From an uncultured Chloroflexia bacterium (GTDB lineage Bacteria; Chloroflexota; Anaerolineae; Anaerolineales; Anaerolineaceae), in NCBI GenBank assembly GCA_963704755.1, contig OY969938.1, forward strand, positions 2,310,001 to 2,342,000: a stretch of 32,000 bases of DNA. Reading direction: 5' to 3'. The notes below the pieces were generated by a model. The model did not search any database. It was not told the DNA's origin and saw nothing but the letters and a program-made list of their open reading frames with translations. Positions 24,485 through 32,000 of this stretch are shown here, one piece after another. The position numbers and the translations under genes are program-made. Positions within the stretch are counted from its first letter, which is position 1. Every line of letters begins with the position of its first letter.

Positions 24485-25084
24485 ATGAATACGAATATTC
24501 CCAACCCCCCCGCTAAAACAATGATCACTATGGAAGACCCACCGGTAGCCCGATTCTTGTTCGGAGATGTCCGGCTTTCATGGCTGTGGTTGATCATACG
24601 CGTGTTCGCGGGTTACGAATGGCTGACGGCCGGATGGGATAAAGTCATCAATCCGGCCTGGGTAGGTGCTCAAGCCGGTACGGGCCTGACCGGCTTCATA
24701 AATAATGCCCTGCAACAGACCACCGGCGCCCATCCCAGCGTTCAAGTGTGGTACGCCTGGTTTTTGCAGACCTTTGTCTTGCCGGCAGCGCCGGTATGGG
24801 GCTGGATTGTCGCTTTCGGCGAATTGTTCGTCGGGATCGCACTGATCCTGGGAATTTTCACCGGCATCGCGGCTTTCTTCGGCGGCTTCATGAATGTGAA
24901 CTACCTGCTGGCCGGATCGTTGAGCACCAACCCGTTCTTATTCGTGTTTGCGACCTGGCTTGTGCTGGCCTGGAAGACAGCCGGTTGGATCGGTTTGGAT
25001 CGTTGGATTCTGCCGGCATTAGGCACGCCCTGGCGTCCGGGCAAGGTGTTTCATTCGGGAGGAAAAGAGACCAAACCAAATTAA
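24485..25084 (+). CDS. DoxX-family membrane protein
   Basis: Four hydrophobic helices with a DoxX-like start (RVFAGYEWLTAGWDKV). The start is placed at ATG 24485 (GGAGG 8 nt upstream) rather than TTG 24470. Confidence 0.6.
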   Translation: MNTNIPNPPAKTMITMEDPPVARFLFGDVRLSWLWLIIRVFAGYEWLTAGWDKVINPAWVGAQAGTGLTGFINNALQQTTGAHPSVQVWYAWFLQTFVLPAAPVWGWIVAFGELFVGIALILGIFTGIAAFFGGFMNVNYLLAGSLSTNPFLFVFATWLVLAWKTAGWIGLDRWILPALGTPWRPGKVFHSGGKETKPN

Positions 25085-25211
25085 TTTGTGACCAGGCGGG
25101 CAACGTCATCTGCCGCAGCGCCGAAACATCGCGGGGGCTCTTTTTCATCGCCCCAGCGATATCCTGGTGTTGGGAATCTCCACTGTGCCGGGTGTGATCT
25201 TATGCAGTAGA

Positions 25212-28200
25212 TCACTTTTCGCCCCGATCTCCCATAGTTAGCTCCACCCGGTGTTCCTGCTGGTCATCGACCAGAGGAATAAAATCATCCCGCAGCGGCT
25301 GTCCGTCCAGCACGATTTTCCTGACGTGACTGGCGACGTGGTCGGGGTTGTGCACCTGGATAAGGTATACCGATTTCCCGAATTGGTAGCGAATTTCAAA
25401 TCCATCCCAGGCTGGCGGAATAACCGGGGCCACCTGCAAGGTATCCCCAATTTTCTGGAAGCCGAGAATAGCCTCCAGGCCCAGGCGGTACATCCAGGCG
25501 GCTGAACCCGTATACCAGGTCCAGCCACCGCGGCGCACGTAGGGCGGTTGGCTGTAAATGTCTGCGCAAATCACATACGGTTCTACACGATACACAGCGG
25601 CCTTTTCGGCGGTATCCGACTGAAACACCGGGTTGAGCAGGTCAAAAAGCGCTCCCGCCTGTTTTCCGTCACCCAGGCTGGCAAAAGCCCAGGCAGTCCA
25701 GGCAGCGGCATGGGTATATTGGCCGCCGTTCTCGCGAGTACCGGGCAGGTAACCCTTGATATAGCCCGGGTCGCGGGTAGTTTTATCGAACGGAGGCGCA
25801 AAAAGCAGCGCCAACCGGTCCTGCGGCCGCACCAGTTGTTCCGACAAAGACTGCATCGCCTGGCGATTATGGCTTGGGTCGCCCGCCCCGCTCAGCACGG
25901 CCCAGGATTGGGCAATTGCATCGATCTTGCATTCCTTATTTTCAATAGAACCAAGCGGCGTCCCATCGTCGTAATAGGCCCTCCGGTACCAGGCCCCATC
26001 CCAGGCAGAACGCTCCACCGCGGCGGCGTATTCTTCTGCCTGCGAGCGATAACGCTGCGCGGTCCGGTTGTTGCCGGCCTGGTCGCAGATTGCGGCAAAG
26101 CGTTCGAGTACGTCGTAAAGGAACCAGGCTAACCAGACACTCTCTCCCTGGCCATTCACACCGACGCGATTCAGTCCGTCGTTCCAGTCACCTGCGCCAA
26201 TTAAAGGCAGGCCATGCGGTCCAGCGGTGGCGCCTTTTTCGATTGCGCGCAGGCAGTGTTCCATCAACGAAAAGGATTGGTCCGTCTGTGCATATTCGCC
26301 GTAGCGCTCGTCTTCTCCTTCGGCGAGCGGCAGAGCCCGCCGGAAGGGAATTTTTTCATCCAAAAAGCTGGTATCGCCGGTTGCCTCGATGTACCGGGCT
26401 GTAACATACGGAAGCCACAACAAGTCATCCGAGAAACGGGTTCTCACCCCGCGCCCTGATGGTGGATGCCACCAATGCATGACGTCCCCTTCCTCGAACT
26501 GGCGTTGGGCGGCATTGACAATCTGGCTGCGGGTAATGCCCGGGTCAATGGCCAGCAAAGCCAACACATCTTGGAGCTGGTCCCGAAAGCCAAAAGCGCC
26601 GCTGGGTTGGTAAAAACCCGTGCGACCCCAGATACGGCTGGAAAGGGTCTGGTAGAGCATCCAGCGGTTGAGGATCAAATCGGTGGCCGGTTCAGGCGTA
26701 TGTACCTGAACCGCGTCCAATAAATGGTTCCAGAACAGATGCGTACGTTCATAGGCCGCTCCCACAAAGGCGGCGTCATGATATTTTTTGGCTAATGCCA
26801 GGGCTTGCTCTTTATCTTTACCCTGGCCAATGACAAAATAAATTTCTTCGCTTGCGCCAGGTTGCAAGTCCAAATGTAATTGCAAGACGGCGCAGGGATC
26901 TTCGCCAGGGGTAATGCGGGTTTCTAACCCCAGGCGATGTAAGGCAACCGGAAAGGCCGCTGTTCCGCCGCGCCCGAGAAATTCGGTCCGGTCGGCCGTC
27001 AAACTATGGACGGCTTTACTGGCAATCAAAAACGCGACTCGCTCGCCGAATTCAGCGTTGTATGGATTGGTGGCCAGGAGACATTCCAGGTCCGAGTTGT
27101 ACTCAGGAATGATGTAAGCCATATTGGCCGCATGGGTGGTCCCTAACACCCATTCGACGTATTGCGTGGCGGTGATCCGCCGGGTGTGATCCAGGGTGTT
27201 CTTGACCTTGAGTTGAACGATTTTTACCGGGTCTTCCGGGCTGGCAAAAAGTGTCAGGCATTGGTGCAGGCCATGGGAATTGTGCTCGAAAATGGTATAA
27301 CCGGCGCCATGGGTGACGCGGTAAGGCAGGTCTGCCCCCGCGGGAAGGGGGGTAGGGGTCCACACCTCGCCGGTTTCCTCATCGCGCAGGTAAAGCGCTT
27401 CGCCGGTCGGGTCGCAGACCGGGTCGTTATACCAGGGCGTAAGGCGGTTTTCGCCGCTGTTCAGGGCCCAGGTAGACTGGCTGCCCAACTCGCTGACCAT
27501 AAATCCAAACCCCGGATAGCCAATTACGTTGACCCAGGGGGCCGGGGTAGATTTTCCAGGAGCCAGTTGGATGACGTACTCGCGTCCATCGGCGCTGAAC
27601 CCACCATAGCCGTTGTAGAATTTCAGTTTGGACATTTCGTCCAGAGGAAAGGTTTGTGGGGCAAGCTCCGCGTTCGCGGTCGATTCGGCCTGCCGGGTTG
27701 GCGTCAAAGCAGGCAAATGCTGTACCGGGATCGAATAGCCCGGCATCTGACTGCTCATGGACCCATTTGCCCCGTTGAGGAGAACCCGCGCGGCTGTCTT
27801 CAGTAAAGTGCGTTCTTCGAACCCCATCTGATCGCCATAAAGAATGTAAATTCCACCCCGCTGGTTCAATCGTTCTTCACCGTTCATCCGGCTGACCAAA
27901 CGATAAAGCATGCCGTTCAGCTCTGCGCCGTAATCGGTCTGCTGTTGATTGAGGATCACGAGATCCATCATCACGCGGCGGCTGCTCAGGAATTTGTGCA
28001 CCTGCAGAGCTTCGCGGACCAAATCGACCTGTTTGGGATTGTCCAACTCCACCAGCAGGATGGGGTAGTCGCCGGAAATGCCAAAACGCCACAGTCCGGG
28101 CTGGCCCAAATGGTTAGCGGCAATCGTTTTCGGTTCAGCGCGAACCGACTTGAATGAATAGATTAGGGCCGAGAAGATCTGCAGCGCATCTTTAAATACC

Positions 28201-31200
28201 TGGGTAGAAATATCCTGTTTGCCCAACCAGGTCTGGGCGGCGATATTCGCCTGGTGGAAAGAACGCTCGATCAGCGGCCAACTGCGATAGCGCCTGGCCA
28301 GGCTGGTAATCGCTTCACGACTTTCTTCGGCGAAGGTAAGGAAAGCTAAATTCACACTTTCGTGCGGACCCAGCTCGATTTCTTGTCCAAGGGCAAAGAT
28401 TGGGTCAAGGGTTGCGCCGGTGGTACCCGTGAGATATTGCACTGAACCCAGAGCCGCGGGGTTTTGCAAGGTATGGCCCCGGCCAATAAAGCGATAACGG
28501 TCGGCTTCATGCTGTGCGATTTCCTGGCTGCCTTCCACCACCAGCATGTGGCCCATGAAGGCGGCCTTCTCCTGGTTGGAGCGGGGCCGGCGCAAGAAAA
28601 TTTGCAAATTCAACTCCGGAATAAATTCGCTGTCGATAAACAGCTTGTTGAAAGCGGGATGACGGGTATCGGCGGCCTGCGGAGCCAGGATCACTTCACC
28701 ATAGGAGGTCAGGCGAATTTTGCGGTTGGAATCGTTGTTATTCTGCAAGTGAATCCGGCGGATTTCCAGCGGGTCGTCGGGCGCCACGGTTACTTCCATA
28801 GTGGATATGAACCCATTTTCTGATCGGCGGAAGACGGCCATATGAGAGAAGTAAGTGACCTGCATATCCGCGGCGTTACCGGGAATAGGTTGGCGCCCGG
28901 CCGACCACAGCCTGGCCCCTCCATGAGACACGGTTCCCAGTTCCTGGATGTAGATCCAGGTTCCCCAGGGATCCAACACACCATCCGGCTGCCAGCGGGT
29001 CAGGTCGATATCACGCCAGGAGCTGTACCCTGCGCCCATATTGGAAAGGAGCACGTTATAGCTGCCGTTCGAGAGAAGATGTACTTCGGGAATAGGGGTT
29101 TGTACGGGCACTCTCCAGGGATCGATCTCTACCGGGGCTGCCGTCAATCGCTGTACGCCCTTGGCGTCTTCTGCGTAAGGATCTTGTACCGGAACGGCCT
29201 GGGGAACCTGTTCCTGCAAGAGCAGCTCCACGCTTTGAATGCGCGGGTCGCTGTGCATGCGCCGGACCATCACGTCGTTTTGGAAGAAATTGTCCATGGC
29301 CATCATGATCATGCCTTGATGGTGGGCCATGTATTCGCTTACCACGGCTGAGGTTGTATCCAGCAGCAACCTTTCAGCGGTGAAGTCGATCAATTCATAT
29401 ACGCCGTATAGCCCAATCATGTGATGCTCGGTCAGGTTGGACAGGTTGTGAACCACCGCCGGGGGAGCATAGCCAATTGCCAGGAGGGAGGCATAAGGGG
29501 CAATCACCAGGTCGTCCGCTAAACCGCGCTTGAAGCCCAGCCCGGGTACGCCAAAGGCGCGGTATTGATAATTTTGATTGGCATCAAAATGATAAAAACC
29601 GGATTCGGAAATCCCCCAGGGAACCCCTTTTTCTCTTCCGTAGGCGATTTGACGGAGAACCGCTCCCCGCGTACTTTCTGCCAAAAGGGTGCCCGGGTAG
29701 GAACGCAAAAACAGGGGGGGCATCAGATATTCGAACATCGTCCCGCTCCAGGAGAGCAGGACATAGGAACCTTCAACCCGGGTGACCGGCCTACCCAGGT
29801 GCAGCCAATGGGATTGGGGCACCTCTCCTTTTGCGATAGCAACAATCGAGGCAATCCGCGCCTCAGAGGCGAGCAGGTCATAATAGTTCTGGTCAAGTTG
29901 GCCGGCGTCGAGGTTGAACCCGATGTGAAAGACACGCCGCTGGGTATGGTAGAGAAAGCGAAAATCCATTTCATTCACAAACTGCTCGGATTGCAGCACA
30001 ATTTGTGCAAATCGGTCAATTAACACCCGCGAGTTTGTTCCGGCGTTCGCCAGGGATTTCGCCAGCTCATCCAGCCAGGCCAGCAATTCTGGCGCCTGTC
30101 CGCTACCCGCCAGCAAAACGGGTACCTTGCCAGGCAAGTTTCCTTCGCTTATCAATTTGCGCAGGGTCGTGATCTGGCGTAAGGCCGCCGCGACATGCGT
30201 TTGAATTTGGCCAAGCTTCGGATTGGCAGGTAAATCAGCGGCCAGAGCGGTAATTCCAGAAGAAAATTGAGACTCGCGGAACCCCGCGGGGAGATTCGCG
30301 AACAGGGGGATCCAGGGTACCAGTTCGCCGATCGTGCGTTGGATGGCGATGTGATGCCTTTCGACCTGGGCGGTGACTTCTTGCAACTTACCAAGTGTCT
30401 TCAGATCAAAAGCGGATTGGCCTACTTCCACGAGGTCCATCAAACGGCGGGATAAATCTTGCCAGAACGGCCCACTGACTTTCAAAAAGAATGGGTACCA
30501 GCGATCGGTTTGGTAATGCATGGACACAATTTCGGCGCGGATCGCGGCGATACTCTGGTTTATTTCCTTGACCTGTTGGTCGAACTCGGCTTTACGCATC
30601 TCCGTCAAAGCCTCGGTCAGGTTGGAAAGCGTATCGAGGTAACCTTGCCAAAGGTCCCAGCGGAATATCGGCTCACCCGGCATGTTCTTACAGCCCTGGG
30701 CAATGACAATAAAACTGGCAGCCAGGTTGCCGCTATCCACGGTGGAAATATAGCACGGGTGGAGCGACTGAAGCGTGAGGGTATCGTACCAATTCAGAAA
30801 ATGCCCGCGGTAACGTTCCAGCCGGCTTAACGTGTCGAGGGTTGTAGCCAGGCGCGTCGCCAGCCCAAGCTGATCCAGGTAACCCAGGTCGTAAGCGGCC
30901 AGGGTTGAGGTGAGCAGCAGGCCAATATTGGTCGGTGAGGTGCGATGGGCAATCGTTTCTACCGGCAACTCCTGGTAATGATCGGGCGGAAGCCAGTGAT
31001 CTTCCGGGCCGACAAACCTTTCGAAAAAGCCCCAGGTTCGCCGGGTGATCTGACGCAAATGGATCACCTGCTCGTCATTCAACGGCAGCGTACGTTCGAC
31101 AATCGGTCGATTGATCCACCATACGATTAACGGAGAAACCACCCATAACAGCAGCACCGGTGAGGCGTCGCTCAACGCGGATATCACTGCACTCCTGGAC

Positions 31201-32000
31201 AGACCCGGAGCAAGCCATAATCCTGCGGCAAGAATCACTGCCAGCAGAGTCGATATAGCCATTTTTTGCCAGGCATTATTCCGGCGCTTTTGTAAGTTAA
31301 AAACCTGGGTAGTCTGGGCCGCAGTGGTCCACTGTAAAAGGTTCCGGTGGCTGATAAACAAGCGATAAAGTGTGGTCAGACCGGCGTCTATGGAGATATA
31401 GGCGTCATAGGGCAGAAAAGCAATCATCATCAGCCAGCGCAGCAGGTTCCAGCCCAAGGGATGAAAAGCAAGACCGGGAAATTCGCCGGCCAGGATTTGT
31501 TGTGCGCTGCGTGCCATACCGGTGAGCACGGGAATTCCGAGGGAGATCAGAACAACTGCCGCCCACAGCCCGGAACGGCTGGGCAAAAAAATCAACCCAA
31601 AAACGAAGGCCAGCAAAAGCGCGGGCGCGAGCATTGCCCGGCGCAGGTTGTCGAAAATCTTCCAACGGTCGATTGCCGTAAACACCGCCCCTTGCTTTTT
31701 GGATTGGAACAACCAGGGCAAAAGCTGCCAATCTCCGCGGATCCAACGCCGCTGGCGTTGGCCCTGGATGAAATAATTCTGCGGATACTCTTCGATCATG
31801 GTGATATCGGTCACCAACCCGGCACGGCCCATCAGACCTTCCAGAAGGTCATGGCTGAGAACGGTATTTTCCGGGATGCGCTTATCTACACTGCGCTCGA
31901 AGGCGTCCACGTCGTAAATCCCTTTGCCAACGTAGCTTCCTTCACCAAATAAGTCCTGGTATGCATCCGAGACGGCAAGCGTGTAAAGGTCCAGCCCGGC
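25212..32000 (-). CDS. Cyclic beta-1,2-glucan synthase-like giant protein (GT84 glycosyltransferase end, TM region, GH94 phosphorylase-like domain); N-terminus beyond the right edge
   Basis: The track ORF is 2232 aa from GTG 31910. My translation stays open upstream to base 32000 (AGLDLYTLAVSDAYQDLFGEGSYVGKGIYDVDAFERSV...). Motifs are QRRWIRGDWQLLPW, several TM helices, and a GH94-type C-terminal region (GGWTWYTGSAAWMYR). Confidence 0.85.
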   Translation of the reverse strand, partial: AGLDLYTLAVSDAYQDLFGEGSYVGKGIYDVDAFERSVDKRIPENTVLSHDLLEGLMGRAGLVTDITMIEEYPQNYFIQGQRQRRWIRGDWQLLPWLFQSKKQGAVFTAIDRWKIFDNLRRAMLAPALLLAFVFGLIFLPSRSGLWAAVVLISLGIPVLTGMARSAQQILAGEFPGLAFHPLGWNLLRWLMMIAFLPYDAYISIDAGLTTLYRLFISHRNLLQWTTAAQTTQVFNLQKRRNNAWQKMAISTLLAVILAAGLWLAPGLSRSAVISALSDASPVLLLWVVSPLIVWWINRPIVERTLPLNDEQVIHLRQITRRTWGFFERFVGPEDHWLPPDHYQELPVETIAHRTSPTNIGLLLTSTLAAYDLGYLDQLGLATRLATTLDTLSRLERYRGHFLNWYDTLTLQSLHPCYISTVDSGNLAASFIVIAQGCKNMPGEPIFRWDLWQGYLDTLSNLTEALTEMRKAEFDQQVKEINQSIAAIRAEIVSMHYQTDRWYPFFLKVSGPFWQDLSRRLMDLVEVGQSAFDLKTLGKLQEVTAQVERHHIAIQRTIGELVPWIPLFANLPAGFRESQFSSGITALAADLPANPKLGQIQTHVAAALRQITTLRKLISEGNLPGKVPVLLAGSGQAPELLAWLDELAKSLANAGTNSRVLIDRFAQIVLQSEQFVNEMDFRFLYHTQRRVFHIGFNLDAGQLDQNYYDLLASEARIASIVAIAKGEVPQSHWLHLGRPVTRVEGSYVLLSWSGTMFEYLMPPLFLRSYPGTLLAESTRGAVLRQIAYGREKGVPWGISESGFYHFDANQNYQYRAFGVPGLGFKRGLADDLVIAPYASLLAIGYAPPAVVHNLSNLTEHHMIGLYGVYELIDFTAERLLLDTTSAVVSEYMAHHQGMIMMAMDNFFQNDVMVRRMHSDPRIQSVELLLQEQVPQAVPVQDPYAEDAKGVQRLTAAPVEIDPWRVPVQTPIPEVHLLSNGSYNVLLSNMGAGYSSWRDIDLTRWQPDGVLDPWGTWIYIQELGTVSHGGARLWSAGRQPIPGNAADMQVTYFSHMAVFRRSENGFISTMEVTVAPDDPLEIRRIHLQNNNDSNRKIRLTSYGEVILAPQAADTRHPAFNKLFIDSEFIPELNLQIFLRRPRSNQEKAAFMGHMLVVEGSQEIAQHEADRYRFIGRGHTLQNPAALGSVQYLTGTTGATLDPIFALGQEIELGPHESVNLAFLTFAEESREAITSLARRYRSWPLIERSFHQANIAAQTWLGKQDISTQVFKDALQIFSALIYSFKSVRAEPKTIAANHLGQPGLWRFGISGDYPILLVELDNPKQVDLVREALQVHKFLSSRRVMMDLVILNQQQTDYGAELNGMLYRLVSRMNGEERLNQRGGIYILYGDQMGFEERTLLKTAARVLLNGANGSMSSQMPGYSIPVQHLPALTPTRQAESTANAELAPQTFPLDEMSKLKFYNGYGGFSADGREYVIQLAPGKSTPAPWVNVIGYPGFGFMVSELGSQSTWALNSGENRLTPWYNDPVCDPTGEALYLRDEETGEVWTPTPLPAGADLPYRVTHGAGYTIFEHNSHGLHQCLTLFASPEDPVKIVQLKVKNTLDHTRRITATQYVEWVLGTTHAANMAYIIPEYNSDLECLLATNPYNAEFGERVAFLIASKAVHSLTADRTEFLGRGGTAAFPVALHRLGLETRITPGEDPCAVLQLHLDLQPGASEEIYFVIGQGKDKEQALALAKKYHDAAFVGAAYERTHLFWNHLLDAVQVHTPEPATDLILNRWMLYQTLSSRIWGRTGFYQPSGAFGFRDQLQDVLALLAIDPGITRSQIVNAAQRQFEEGDVMHWWHPPSGRGVRTRFSDDLLWLPYVTARYIEATGDTSFLDEKIPFRRALPLAEGEDERYGEYAQTDQSFSLMEHCLRAIEKGATAGPHGLPLIGAGDWNDGLNRVGVNGQGESVWLAWFLYDVLERFAAICDQAGNNRTAQRYRSQAEEYAAAVERSAWDGAWYRRAYYDDGTPLGSIENKECKIDAIAQSWAVLSGAGDPSHNRQAMQSLSEQLVRPQDRLALLFAPPFDKTTRDPGYIKGYLPGTRENGGQYTHAAAWTAWAFASLGDGKQAGALFDLLNPVFQSDTAEKAAVYRVEPYVICADIYSQPPYVRRGGWTWYTGSAAWMYRLGLEAILGFQKIGDTLQVAPVIPPAWDGFEIRYQFGKSVYLIQVHNPDHVASHVRKIVLDGQPLRDDFIPLVDDQQEHRVELTMGDRGEK

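Noticed and set aside
25238-31952. Numerous + and - strand ORFs of 60-214 aa nested in the glucan-synthase gene (for example 25548..26132, 27162..27806, 31347..31952)
   Set aside because: They are shadows of a continuous open frame of more than 2,260 codons with GT84/GH94 motifs.

Overview
32-kb bacterial chromosomal window. The protein repertoire is reminiscent of Chloroflexota/Anaerolineae or Actinobacteria, but that is a guess. All family names come from motifs read by eye, not from searches.

Coding content:
- Three HisKA_3-type histidine kinases (one running off the left edge), two NarL/LuxR response regulators (one frameshifted) and an orphan pseudo-receiver.
- A bona fide glycerol kinase (glpK) and a second FGGY/glycerol-kinase paralogue broken by a +1 frameshift.
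- Two tandem paralogous alpha/beta-hydrolases, each fused to a polytopic membrane domain.
- A translationally coupled DUF364-like plus PaaK/F390-synthetase-like adenylating-enzyme pair.
- A YggT-like protein, a class-B (B12-binding) radical SAM protein and a DoxX-like protein.
- More than 2,260 codons of a giant GT84-GH94 cyclic beta-1,2-glucan-synthase-like gene running off the right edge.

The most unusual signal is non-coding. Two arrays (about 3209-4057 and 6250-7866) of one modular, GC-rich multi-hairpin repeat family bracket the DUF364/ligase cassette.
- The family has a ~185-nt A unit with 23-nt hairpin-forming terminal inverted repeats, a ~125-nt C unit carrying a + strand intrinsic-terminator-like hairpin, and a ~128-nt B unit.
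- In the right array the units are organised at about 310-bp periodicity.
- Several stems differ between copies by compensatory base-pair changes.

Other points of interest:
- A second family of very long perfect hairpins (GAGGTGTT core).
- A small, very acidic protein made of three 22-aa tandem repeats.
- An AT-richer block (about 13.7-19.1 kb) that concentrates three damaged genes.

I see no recognisable defence, CRISPR, transposase, integrase, tRNA or rRNA gene.
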